NCBI GenBank assembly: GCA_019358915.1
Contig: JAHHIM010000036.1
Span: forward strand, 288,001 to 352,000
DNA from: Trichormus sp. ATA11-4-KO1
GTDB taxonomy: Bacteria; Cyanobacteriota; Cyanobacteriia; Cyanobacteriales; Nostocaceae
Reading direction: 5' to 3'
DNA: 64,000 bases
Within the stretch, counting starts at the first letter, position 1. Each line of letters opens with the position of its first letter. Under the pieces are notes generated by a model that had not been told where the DNA came from, did no database searches, and saw only the letters and a list, made by a program, of their open reading frames with translations. Below are positions 30,493 to 40,544 of this stretch, in pieces. The position numbers were made by a program, and so were the translations under genes.

Positions 30493-32385
30493 CTACTCCT
30501 TACTTTTAACAGTGCTAATAGTTTGTAATAACTGATTAGCTGTGTAGGGTTTGGATAAAAAGGCTTTGATGCCAATATCATAAGCTGCATTGACTTTATC
30601 ACTTGTTACCAGTCCACTGACGGCAATAATTTTGACACTCGGATTGATTTTTTGCAATGTCCTGATAGTTGTCATGCCATCCATAGATGGCATGACCATA
30701 TCTGTTAAAACAAGAGATATTTCATCTCGATGTTCCACATATAAAGCTATAGCTTCAATGCCATCGCTAGCTGTGATTGCTTTGTAGTTATGACTTTCTA
30801 GAGATGTTTTGGTAATATCACGAATGGCAACTTCGTCATCTACAACCAAAATCAATTCACCGTTACCTTGAGGTAAGTACTGTTCGACTTCTTCTATGGT
30901 TTCTGCGGCCTCTTGTGCTGGTAAATAAACTTGAAAGTGGCTACCTTTTCCCTGCTCGCTGTATACATTGACAAAACCACCGTGGCTTTTGATAATACCA
31001 AGTACTGTAGAAAGCCCTAATCCAGTGCCTTTACCAAGTTCTTTAGTGGTAAAAAATGGCTCAAATATCCGATCTAATATTTCTGGTGGAATACCTATTC
31101 CCGTATCGATAACGGTAATTACTACATAAGAGCCAACTTTAGCCTCAATGTTCATTTTGGTGTAATTTTCATCAACTAAAAGATTTTCAGCTGATATTTT
31201 TAAAGTGCCACCATTAGGCATAGCATCACGAGCATTAACACATAGATTCATCAGTACTTGATGTAGTTGGGTAGCATCACCAGATACTGTCCACAAGTTT
31301 TGTGGCATCCGAGTAGTAATTTCTATTGACTTGGGAAAGGTTTCTTTAATAATTTGCTGAACTTCTATAATTAAGTGTTTTAGTTGTAAAAGGGTGCGTT
31401 CCCCCTCCAGACCGCGAGTAAAAGATAGTACTTGCTTGACCAAATTAGCTCCACGTTTAGCATTGGAAATCAATATTGGCAGTAATTGCCGAGAGCGCTC
31501 ATCATTGATTTTTGACTCTAAAAGTTGCGCTGTCATCAAAATTGGAGCCAGAACATTGTTGAGGTCGTGGGCGATACCGCTTGCTAAAGTGCCAATACTT
31601 TCTAATCGTTGGGTGCGGAGAAATTGGGCTTCTAATTGTTTTTTTTGCGTAATATTAGTATTAACAACTAGGATGGATTTTGCTTTGTTACCAAAGTCGC
31701 GGACTAATGTCCAACGGCTTTCGACAATAATGTCTTTACCTGATTTGGTTCTTTGATGTAACTCTCCCTCCCAGGAACCATTTTTCATCAAATAGTTGAA
31801 TGCTGCTTGTAATAGAGGTTCATTTTTTTCATGCCACAAATCTTGTGTTTTTTTACCAATGGCTTCTTCTTTTTTCCAACCGTATAAACTCTCTGCCGCT
31901 TTATTCCAAAATAAAACTGGATCGTCTAAATCATGTACAAAAATGGCATCGGTGGCGATGTCAAGTAAAGCAGCTTGCTCGCGGATTTTTTGTTCTGTTT
32001 GTTTGCGCTCCATCGCGTAACGGATGGAACGCTCAAGTAAAGGCGCATTTAACTGGCTTTTTTCGAGATAATCTGCTGCGCCTGCTTTCATGGCTTCTAG
32101 GTCGATTTCCCAATCTCCCTGACCAGTTAATAAAATCATGGGGGAGGAGCAGCCGTTGGCGATGGCTTCGCGCAAGAGTTCTAAACCATTGTGTATTCCT
32201 AATCGGTAGTCTACAAGATAGATATCATGATTATTATGAGCGATCGCCTCTTTTGCGGCTGCATAAGTATCTACCCATGCCAACTCGCAGCCAGCAAACT
32301 GAAATTCCCCGAACCAATCACGAGTTAAAATGTAATCATCTTCGTCATCATCAATTAATAGAACTCTGATTGGGTTTTTGTTCAT
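30493..32385 (-). CDS. Hybrid histidine kinase (REC-PAS-HisKA-HATPase-REC)
   Basis: IAHDLNN H-box, NLCVNARDAM, GKGTGLGL, receivers at both ends. Confidence 0.93.
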   Translation of the reverse strand: MNKNPIRVLLIDDDEDDYILTRDWFGEFQFAGCELAWVDTYAAAKEAIAHNNHDIYLVDYRLGIHNGLELLREAIANGCSSPMILLTGQGDWEIDLEAMKAGAADYLEKSQLNAPLLERSIRYAMERKQTEQKIREQAALLDIATDAIFVHDLDDPVLFWNKAAESLYGWKKEEAIGKKTQDLWHEKNEPLLQAAFNYLMKNGSWEGELHQRTKSGKDIIVESRWTLVRDFGNKAKSILVVNTNITQKKQLEAQFLRTQRLESIGTLASGIAHDLNNVLAPILMTAQLLESKINDERSRQLLPILISNAKRGANLVKQVLSFTRGLEGERTLLQLKHLIIEVQQIIKETFPKSIEITTRMPQNLWTVSGDATQLHQVLMNLCVNARDAMPNGGTLKISAENLLVDENYTKMNIEAKVGSYVVITVIDTGIGIPPEILDRIFEPFFTTKELGKGTGLGLSTVLGIIKSHGGFVNVYSEQGKGSHFQVYLPAQEAAETIEEVEQYLPQGNGELILVVDDEVAIRDITKTSLESHNYKAITASDGIEAIALYVEHRDEISLVLTDMVMPSMDGMTTIRTLQKINPSVKIIAVSGLVTSDKVNAAYDIGIKAFLSKPYTANQLLQTISTVKSKE

Positions 32386-32848
32386 TTATACCTCCCAAAG
32401 CTTCTAGTGGTAATTCCACTATTTCAAACCAGTATTTTCCTACGCTTTTCATAACTTCAACTAAGGAGGCAAACGTCACAGGCTTGATGATGAAAGAATT
32501 TGCACCTAAATCATAGGTATGATAAATATCTTCTTCTGCCCCTGAGGTTGTCAGTACTACAACGGGAATGTGCCGTAGGGATGGATCTGTTTTAATGTCT
32601 CTTAGCACTTCCAAGCCGTCTTTTTTAGGCATATTTAAATCTAACAAAATTAATCTCGGTCGTGGGGCTATAGTTTTGTCAGTATATTGACCACGGTTAT
32701 ACAGATAATCTAGCAACTCCTCACCATTGCTGACAATATGTAAATCGATGGGAAATTGACTTTCTGCTAATGCCTCACGAACTAACATTCTGTCATCTTC
32801 ATCATCATCAGCCATTAAGATTGTGATGGTTGTTTGCCCATCTTTCAC
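32351..32848 (-). CDS. Single-domain response regulator (Rcp1-like)
   Basis: MADDD, LLDLNMP, VLTTS, GANSFIIKP, YWFEIVELP tail. Confidence 0.9.
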   Translation of the reverse strand: MKDGQTTITILMADDDEDDRMLVREALAESQFPIDLHIVSNGEELLDYLYNRGQYTDKTIAPRPRLILLDLNMPKKDGLEVLRDIKTDPSLRHIPVVVLTTSGAEEDIYHTYDLGANSFIIKPVTFASLVEVMKSVGKYWFEIVELPLEALGGINEQKPNQSSIN

Positions 32849-32979
32849 TCTGTATTGTCTCCTTTACATTAGTTATTGATACAAATTCAGGATGAAATTG
32901 CCACGAATTCTGGGAATATCTTTGTAAAATGAACATCTCATTTTACCGTCTTAATATAATCCCTCCGCAGGAAGAAAAA

Positions 32980-35955
32980 TCAAGAATGGTAATTAATCGG
33001 CAATTTGACAATAAATTTTGTGCCTTGTCCTGGTTTACTTTGTGCTGAAATACTCCCGTGATGTCGTTCCACAATTTTCCGGCAGATAGCTAAACCCATC
33101 CCTGTACCTTTGTATTCCCTATGACCATGTAAACGTTGAAAAATGTTAAAAATGCGATCAACAAACTTTTCTGCAAAACCAATACCATTATCTTCTACAA
33201 TGACTTGGCAAGTTTCCGCAGCAACAGAAACTTTATCTGATTGATTGTGAAAAATTTGACTGTAGACTTTGACAACAGGCGGTACATGGGGGCGGTGGAA
33301 CTTGAGAGCATTGCCAATGAGATTTTGCAACAGTTGGCGCATCTGTAAGGGATCAGCTTTAATAGTAGGTAAATCACCTATTTCTACCTGTCCATTTGTT
33401 TGCTGAATACTTACTTCTAAATCAGACAATACCTCTTGTGCTATCTGTGCCAAATTCACGGAAACAAAAGGCTGTGCTCTAGTGGTAACTCGTGAAAGTG
33501 TCAATAAATCCTTAATTAAAGTCTGCATCCGGAAGGCGGCATTTTGCATCCGTTCTAGATAATCTAGTCCTTGTTCACTTAAGTTGTTTCCACAGGTAGT
33601 TTTCAGCCGCTCACTGAAAGTTGTAATTTTCCGTAATGGCTCTTGTAAATCATGAGAGGCGATAAAGGCAAATTGCTGCAATTCTTGATTAGAACGAGCG
33701 AGTTCTTGCCGTTGACGAGTTTCTTTATCTAGAATCGAGCTCTGATCTAGGGCCACGCCTATTTGATCTGCCAGTTGTCGCAATAGTTCAATTTCCCAGT
33801 TTGTCCACTGACGGGGATGGGCGCACTGATGAGCAATTAGCAACCCCCAAAGTTGATTTTCGCGGAAAACTGGGACGATCAGGTTGGCTTTGACATCAAA
33901 TTGTTGTAGCCATTTGACATAAGCAGGGTGGAGTGCAGCCTGTTCTATATCAGTAATAGCGCTAATTCGCCCCTGACGATATTGCTCAATGTAACCTTCT
34001 CGCAAAGAAGCGTCGGGAATATCCTGTCCCAGCACCACGGGTAATCCAGGGACTACTGCTTCTTTCAGGACAACATAAGCACCATTGGCTCGCAGTCGCA
34101 AGATTAATACACGGTCTGCATGTAGGAGCTTTTGTACCTCTGTAACGCTGGTTTCGAGAATTTCATCGATTTGTAAAGACTTGCGAATTTTTAAAGTGAT
34201 ATCAGCGAATAATTGCGATCGCAAGTTTTGGCGTTCTAATTCTGCTTGTACTTGTTTGAGTTCGTGCAGTGCAGCTCGCCGTTCGCTAATGTCCATCATC
34301 CCACCAATCATTCGCACTACCTTACCATTTTCATCCCATACAGCCTGACCGCGATTTAAAATCCACTTGTAAGAGCCATCCTTACACTGAACTTGATGCT
34401 CGCTAGTATAAAATAAAGTTTTCTTCGTACAGTGGTCAGTAATTGCTTGTCTGACCGCATCAAGATGGTCTGGATGTATCCTGTTTGTCCATTCATACAA
34501 ATTATTGGAAATTTCGTAGTCTTCGTAACCCAGCATTTCCTTCCAGCGCTTAGAGAAAAATACTTCATTTGTTTTCAGGTTCCAGTCCCAAATGCCATCG
34601 TTGTTACCCCGCACAGCCAATTGCCAACGTTCTTCACTTGTTTTGAGTGCATCTTCGACTCGTTGACGCTCAATAGCTGTTGCTAAGACATTGGCAATAG
34701 CTTGCAGAAAATAAATATCATCTTTAGTAAAGGTACGCTGTCTAGTTGTATGTGCCCCTAAAACGCCAAAAGGACTCTCTTTACCATGAATTACCACACT
34801 TATGCCACCGATCACTTGATGCTCATGCAGCAGTGGTGGGCCACTAAATCGCCTTTCTTGACGAAGATTACCGACAATGACTGGTTCTTGAGCAAGTAAG
34901 GTGTAGCCGGCTTGCGAATTTACGTCGGTGCTGACACTTGCTTGTCCCACTAGCCCAGAGTGCCAGCCTACTCCCGCCCGCAGTAGTAAGGCCTCGCCAT
35001 CGGGCAGCAGTTCCAAAATTTTGCAATATTCAACCCTCAAACACTGAGCAACAAGGGTCACACACGAATTCATCAGTATAGTCAAATCTGTGCCAGCTAG
35101 TGCCTTTTGGCTGAGTTGAGCGACCACAGCCTGTTGATTAGCTTGAATCTCTAGTGCTTCTTCTGCTTGCTTGCGTTTGGTAATATCAATATCTACCCCA
35201 CACATCCGTGTAGCCACTCCAGCAGCATCGCGAAAGACTACTCCTTTGCTGGCTAACCAACGAATACTGCCATCGGGAAGAACAACACGAAATTCAATGT
35301 CATAGTCTATCCCTGCTTGAATTGCTTGTTGATCCGCATACCTGACGAAATTCTGATCTTGAGGATGAACGCAATTAATGAAAGCTTCGTAAGTACCATC
35401 AAAAGAGCCTTTTGACTGACCATAAAGCGCTTCTAGGGTATCCGACCAAGTAATTTGTTTGGTTAAGAGGTTCCAGTTCCAAACACCCATGTGGGCTGCC
35501 TCTAATGCCATCCTCAGTTGTGCTTCTCGCAACTGTGCGGCTTCAGTTTGTTGTCGTAATTCCCGGATTGCCCGATTAGCTTCTAGAAGACGGCGTAGTC
35601 TTTGAGACAATACTGGCCACTGAATGGGCTTGGTGATAAAATCAGTTGCCCCTACAGCGAAAGCCTGCTCTATGGATGCTTGATCGTAAAGAGCAGTAAT
35701 CATTAATATCAGTGTATTTTCTGCATCGGGGAGTGTTTGCAACTTAGCGCAACAGGTAAAGCCATCCATCACTGGCATGACAGCATCCAGCAGTACTATA
35801 TCTGGGTGTAGGTGAGTATAGATAGCAAGTGCTTCAAAACCATTCCGCGCTTCTGCCACCTGATATCCGGCTTGTTTTATCAGATAACACAGCTGCATTC
35901 GGGTAAAATCGTTATCATCTACAACCAGAATCAGGGCAGAATCTTGATTGGTCAT
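32980..35955 (-). CDS. Multi-sensor histidine kinase (REC-PAS-GAF-PAS-GAF-HisKA-HATPase)
   Basis: ASHDLQEPLRK H-box, QNLIGNALKF, GTGMGLAIC; PAS and GAF motifs. Confidence 0.92.
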   Translation of the reverse strand: MTNQDSALILVVDDNDFTRMQLCYLIKQAGYQVAEARNGFEALAIYTHLHPDIVLLDAVMPVMDGFTCCAKLQTLPDAENTLILMITALYDQASIEQAFAVGATDFITKPIQWPVLSQRLRRLLEANRAIRELRQQTEAAQLREAQLRMALEAAHMGVWNWNLLTKQITWSDTLEALYGQSKGSFDGTYEAFINCVHPQDQNFVRYADQQAIQAGIDYDIEFRVVLPDGSIRWLASKGVVFRDAAGVATRMCGVDIDITKRKQAEEALEIQANQQAVVAQLSQKALAGTDLTILMNSCVTLVAQCLRVEYCKILELLPDGEALLLRAGVGWHSGLVGQASVSTDVNSQAGYTLLAQEPVIVGNLRQERRFSGPPLLHEHQVIGGISVVIHGKESPFGVLGAHTTRQRTFTKDDIYFLQAIANVLATAIERQRVEDALKTSEERWQLAVRGNNDGIWDWNLKTNEVFFSKRWKEMLGYEDYEISNNLYEWTNRIHPDHLDAVRQAITDHCTKKTLFYTSEHQVQCKDGSYKWILNRGQAVWDENGKVVRMIGGMMDISERRAALHELKQVQAELERQNLRSQLFADITLKIRKSLQIDEILETSVTEVQKLLHADRVLILRLRANGAYVVLKEAVVPGLPVVLGQDIPDASLREGYIEQYRQGRISAITDIEQAALHPAYVKWLQQFDVKANLIVPVFRENQLWGLLIAHQCAHPRQWTNWEIELLRQLADQIGVALDQSSILDKETRQRQELARSNQELQQFAFIASHDLQEPLRKITTFSERLKTTCGNNLSEQGLDYLERMQNAAFRMQTLIKDLLTLSRVTTRAQPFVSVNLAQIAQEVLSDLEVSIQQTNGQVEIGDLPTIKADPLQMRQLLQNLIGNALKFHRPHVPPVVKVYSQIFHNQSDKVSVAAETCQVIVEDNGIGFAEKFVDRIFNIFQRLHGHREYKGTGMGLAICRKIVERHHGSISAQSKPGQGTKFIVKLPINYHS

Positions 35956-35977
35956 TAGTTAATAAGTGTTAAATTAT

Positions 35978-36228
35978 CAGATTTTCAATAATTCTTGTGT
36001 TGTCTAGGTTCCAGGCAAAAAAGCTAGCCGCAAAGATGACTGACCTATCAGTACGTGCTCGTTTGTTACCAATTCACTGATGGCGATCGCAGGTAGTTGC
36101 AAACTCATAATTTTATGGTGCACGAATGGTATTTTTTCCATCCATATTTGGCATCATCATCTTGATAATGGCTACCCTATTTTATCTTGATACTGTGAGT
36201 AAAATGCTAATGCCTTCATGCCATTACT
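35978..36228 (-). pseudogene. Decayed receiver-domain fragment
   Basis: Hand translation across frameshifts and stops: SNGMKALAFYSQYQDKI/VAIIKMMMPNMDGKNTIRA/..AIAISELVTNE..AFLP..TTQELLKI; aligns by eye to the C-terminal receiver of 30493..32385. Confidence 0.75.
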
Positions 36229-36243
36229 CATGTTTTTTATCTG

Positions 36244-36470
36244 GTAGGGTGCGTTAGGACATTAGGACATTAGATTTAACGCACCGCAAAACATTGATGG
36301 TGCGGCGCTTGGCGACAACACAACGCCAGTTGCGACAACTTTGGGAACCAAAGCAACGCACTGGCTCCCAAAAAGTTGTGAAGGATTTGGGGTGATTAGA
36401 TCATTTGTGTGTACACCGTAGCTTAGAGAACAGAAAAAGAGGACTTTAGTCCCGACTACAAACCTTTAAT
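36244..36470. repeat. REP-like palindromes plus a nested 47-nt element (36322-36368)
   Basis: GTAG-GGTGCGTTA...TAACGCACC; TTAGGACA duplication; GGACTTTAGTCC..CTAC. Confidence 0.65.
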
Positions 36471-36506
36471 TTTTTATTTGTCAGTCCCTCAAGACTGGGT
36501 TGCAAC

Positions 36507-37859
36507 CTAATTAATGGCTGGTAAATACACCTGAAATTGTGTACCTTTGCCTACACAACTCGATACTGTGATCAAACCACCATGTCCTTTGACAATTCCC
36601 ATGACTGTAGAAAGTCCTAGTCCCGTACCTTTACCAAATTCTTTGGTTGTGAAAAAGGGTTCAAAAATTTTATCTATTATTTCATCTTTGATGCCTAAAC
36701 CAGTATCAGTAACTGTTAGATAAATGTAAGAACCAACTTTAGCATCAAGGTTCGTTTTCGGATGATTTTCATCAATAAAAATATTTTCAGCAGATATTGT
36801 TAAATTACCACCGTCGGGCATAGCATCACGAGCATTGAGACACAAATTAATCAGTACTTGATAGAGTTGTGTACTGTCACCATAAATTGGTAATAGATTT
36901 GGCTGAATTTCTGTAGAGAGGACAATTGATTGGGGAAATGTTTGTTGGACAATTTGTTGTATTTCTAAAATCAAATGCTTAACTTGAATCACATTGCGGA
37001 TATGCAAAGCGGTTTTTCCGGGGAAATCGCTTTCCATACCTTGCACAAATGACAGCACTTGTTTTACTAAATTAGTACCACGTTTTGTATTATTTTCGAT
37101 TATTGATAAAATCTGTTGAGTGTTGCGATCGCGGCATTTGCTTTGCAGCAGTTGTACTGACATCAAAATTGGTGATAACACATTATTTAAGTCATGGGCA
37201 ATACTACTGGACAGAGTACCAATACTTTCCATGCGTTGAGCGCGCAAGAATTGCTTTTCTAGTTCTTTTTTTTGGGTAATATCAGTGTCAACTACTAAAA
37301 AGGTAGATTCACTGTGACACAATATTTCTTGTGTCTGTTCATACTCTGTCTTGATACTCGTTAGTTCTATCAAGCTACGCCGCATCTCTAGTTGTTTGAT
37401 GATGAGGCGGCTAATCGATTGCAACGCTTTTACTTGTTTTGGTGTGATTTGGCGTGGTATGCGATCTACTACGCACAAAGTGGCGATCGCCTGCCCTCCT
37501 GCTACTATCAAAGGTACGCCAACATAAAATCTCACATAAGGTTCTGAAGTAACTACGACATTTGTGGCATACTGCTCATCTGCTAAAGTGTCAGGAATAA
37601 TTAAAATATCTTTTTGCTGGATGCAAAGCCTACAAAAACCAATATCTATAGGCATTTCCTGTATATCCAACCCTACTTTTGCTTTGAACCACTGACGATT
37701 GGTGTCAAGCAAATTAATTAAAGCTATGGGTGCATCACAAATCTGCGCGGCTAAGAACACCAAATCATCGAATGCTTGTTCTGGCGCAGAGTCGAGAATC
37801 TGATACTGATAGAGAGCCTCAAGCCTTGCTACTTCATGATTACACACTGAAGATTTCAT
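36507..37859 (-). CDS. GAF-sensor histidine kinase, apparently internally deleted and lacking its receiver
   Basis: N-terminal GAF (RLEALYQYQILD, RQWFKA, VRFYVGVPL), IAHDLNN, GKGTGLGL. Confidence 0.85.
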   Translation of the reverse strand: MKSSVCNHEVARLEALYQYQILDSAPEQAFDDLVFLAAQICDAPIALINLLDTNRQWFKAKVGLDIQEMPIDIGFCRLCIQQKDILIIPDTLADEQYATNVVVTSEPYVRFYVGVPLIVAGGQAIATLCVVDRIPRQITPKQVKALQSISRLIIKQLEMRRSLIELTSIKTEYEQTQEILCHSESTFLVVDTDITQKKELEKQFLRAQRMESIGTLSSSIAHDLNNVLSPILMSVQLLQSKCRDRNTQQILSIIENNTKRGTNLVKQVLSFVQGMESDFPGKTALHIRNVIQVKHLILEIQQIVQQTFPQSIVLSTEIQPNLLPIYGDSTQLYQVLINLCLNARDAMPDGGNLTISAENIFIDENHPKTNLDAKVGSYIYLTVTDTGLGIKDEIIDKIFEPFFTTKEFGKGTGLGLSTVMGIVKGHGGLITVSSCVGKGTQFQVYLPAIN

Positions 37860-38549
37860 GAAATTTTTCCTAATATAACTGAATTACAACTTGCCCTCGT
37901 GTTAATTGCGGTTCTCTCAATTTATGAAGTTGGGAAAGTATAGGGGTGATATAGCTAAAGTGATGCCTGTTATGAGTCTGTTTTCAAGTACCATACAATT
38001 TACAATGCATCTGAATAATTGGTAGCCCAAACAAAAAAGTTGCTTTCTGGTTAGTTAAGTCTTGACTGCACTTGATCTGCAAAAGTAACTATCGTAATTA
38101 TTTAAAAAGTGTCAGCACATAACTTTAATTACAATTATAGTAATATGTCTTAAGGAGGATGACAGAAAGATTTACTTATATATGTAAATTTACTTAATTT
38201 ATCTTAAATTTATGTCATTATTGATATTTAATTTTGATATTTTAAATTAGTAATAGTAAAAAAATTCCTTGTATGCTTGAATTACATATTTTCTTGAATT
38301 TGTATAAATTAAAATATGTAAAATCAAAAACTTGAGATCCTCCTCAAGGGGGAAGAGCGAAGGGGCTTTTTGGAGAATGGCATCATGGTTAAGACAAACC
38401 ATGATTTTTGAAAAAATACGAAAGTCTAAGAGTAGTTGCTGCTCACATTACTTTGATTCTTAAAATTTCTTAATACAGGATAGTAGGGCTTTGTTAAAGG
38501 ACAATATATTTAAATCCCATAAATACTGAAGCCAGATAATATAACCTCA

Positions 38550-39038
38550 ATGATCACAAATACACTTGCTACTGCGATTAAACCAAAAGCCGAAGATAGT
38601 TTTGCTATTACATTTGCGCCATTGTCTCTTGAAGAAATCTATGCTAAAGCCAATGACTCAGCCAATGGTGCAGTGGTGGTGATGAGTGGAATGGTTCGCA
38701 ATCAGACTGATGGGCAACCTGTAGTCTCTTTAGAATATCAAGCGTATGAAACAATGGCATTACGAGTTTTCTATCAAATTGCTGCTGATATTCGTTCCTC
38801 TTGGTCTGATGTGAATCGAGTGGTGATATATCATCGTATTGGACGTTTGTCTGTTGGAGAAATTAGCGTATTAGTCGCGGTAGGTTGTCCTCATCGTAGT
38901 GAAGCATTTGCAGCTTGCCGCTATGCGATTGACACCCTCAAACACAATGCCCCCATTTGGAAAAAGGAACATCGGGCTGATGGTTCTAGTAGCTGGGTGA
39001 GTATTGGTGCTTGTGAACAGTCAGAAGAAGGCTGCTAA
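38550..39038 (+). CDS. moaE: Molybdopterin synthase catalytic subunit
   Basis: GAVVVMSGMVR, LEYQAY, HRIG.L, HRSEAF, LKHNAPIWKKE. Confidence 0.95.
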   Translation: MITNTLATAIKPKAEDSFAITFAPLSLEEIYAKANDSANGAVVVMSGMVRNQTDGQPVVSLEYQAYETMALRVFYQIAADIRSSWSDVNRVVIYHRIGRLSVGEISVLVAVGCPHRSEAFAACRYAIDTLKHNAPIWKKEHRADGSSSWVSIGACEQSEEGC

Positions 39039-39207
39039 ATTTTCACAGGTGATTTCTCAAGAAATTATCGCTTGAAAATATTTAATTCTATTAACTTGGT
39101 AACAAAAATTGTCCCAAAATTCATCTAAACTCTCAAAACATTCCCAACTCAAATTCTTTTTAATTTCTTGCCATAATCGCTCAATTCGATTAACTTGTGG
39201 CGTATGT

Positions 39208-39327
39208 ATGCAAGCAAAAGAAATTGGCGATCGCGCCCGTCAATTTATCCTAGAAAATTATACATGGGATAGTGTAGCTGCCAAAATGCTTGCAGTTTAT
39301 CAAGACATTATTACTCTGGGTAAATGA
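39208..39327 (+). pseudogene. C-terminal remnant of a GT4-type glycosyltransferase
   Basis: AKEIGDRARQFILENYTWDSVAAKMLAVYQDI is a typical GT-B terminal helix; upstream sequence is not GT-like. Confidence 0.6.
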
Positions 39328-39540
39328 GTTTAATTCGTAATTTTTCAGTAGTCAACGGTTGGCTATATGGAAGGATATGCAACAGGCTCAAGAATCGATT
39401 GAGTTGCGCTGCCTCTTAACCCCACCTACAATTATCATTAACTGAACTGTATGGGAATATTGGGCTTTAGCCCCATGTTTTACATAATTGGAAATTGGGG
39501 TAAGCATTCAGCCTTCAACCGTCAACCGTATTGAATGTTT

Positions 39541-39957
39541 ATGGAAGAAATACTCACCTTAAAATCTTTACTGTTACAAGGTAACATCACGGAAGCCTTG
39601 GCTATTGTCGAAGAACTAGAAGAAATGAGCCGTGAAGATAAAATTAATAATATCCGCAACTATGCTAAAGTCTTGCTACTACATCTTATCAAGCAACAAG
39701 CCGAGCATCGAACAACCCGGTCTTGGGATGTATCAATTCGCAATTGTGTTCGGGAAATTCAGATAAAAAATAAACGCCGTAAGTCAGGAGGCTATTACTT
39801 AACATCAGAAGAATTGCGATTAGTTTTTGAAGAAGCTTATCCATCAGCTTTAGATAATGCATCTTTAGAGGTAGAAGAAGGAAGATATGAAGTAGAAGAG
39901 TTGGAATCAAAAATTGACCAAAACGTTATTATTGATCATGCACTCAATTTAATTTGA
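39541..39957 (+). CDS. DUF29 family protein
   Basis: IVEELEEMSREDK, VLLLHLIK, TTRSWDVSIRN. Confidence 0.85.
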   Translation: MEEILTLKSLLLQGNITEALAIVEELEEMSREDKINNIRNYAKVLLLHLIKQQAEHRTTRSWDVSIRNCVREIQIKNKRRKSGGYYLTSEELRLVFEEAYPSALDNASLEVEEGRYEVEELESKIDQNVIIDHALNLI

Positions 39958-40151
39958 CGTGAATTCGATGAACCTCACCCCAACCCCTCTCCGACACGGA
40001 AAGGGGCAAAAACATCCCCGGTTTTGAACTAAAAATCAAGGTTTCAAAGCCTCTACGCCACTTGCTACAACGCGGGGAACCCGCGCAACGCAGTGGCTCC
40101 TCCTGGCAGGGGAGAGGTTGGGAGAGGGGTTTTTGATATTTGTCGAACTCA
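39957..40151 (+). mobile_element. ~195-bp MITE-like repeat, copy 1
   Basis: Near-identical inverted copy at 46132-46333; ends ACGTGAATTCG...CGAACTCA. Confidence 0.8.
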
Positions 40152-40319
40152 ATTTAATTTGATATATGACATAATTCTATCCATTAGTTTATTGATGAGG
40201 CTCATACCCAACTATTACAAATTGCTGGTAAGTCGGCTATGTTATCTGCCTATATCCTTCATGACGATCGCAAGCCTCTCATCTGCTGGTTTTAAGGAAT
40301 GTACACGCATAGCAGCTTC

Positions 40320-40418
40320 TGTCTTCGACACGCTACGCGTTAGCGGAGCTTATGCCTCCGGTACACTTCGTGGTAAGCGTAGCCATGCCCGTCAGGGCTT
40401 TACGCTTTAGCGATACGC
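40320..40418. repeat. GC-rich cluster of probable nested small dispersed repeats
   Basis: cttcgacacgctacgcgttagcg..tatgcctccggtacacttcgtg..gtaagcgtagccatgcccgtcagggctttacgc..agcgatacgc; family recognised from recall only. Confidence 0.5.
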
Positions 40419-40482
40419 AGAGTAATTCCCAATATAGACTGTGTCTTATACGATGACTTGGCAGATGCCATCTCATACAAAA

Positions 40483-40507
40483 TCGGTGCAGTTTGACTGC
40501 ACCGATC
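40483..40507 (-). terminator. Terminator of the PIN/TRAM gene
   Basis: ATCGGTGCAGT-ttg-ACTGCACCGAT with a T-run on the minus strand. Confidence 0.7.
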
Positions 40508-40544
40508 GCACAATTTTTAACTTTAATTGCACCTGACATTTCCC

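Noticed and set aside
37860..38549. Long AT-rich gap
   Set aside because: Consistent with a divergent promoter region; no convincing ORF, repeat array or structure found
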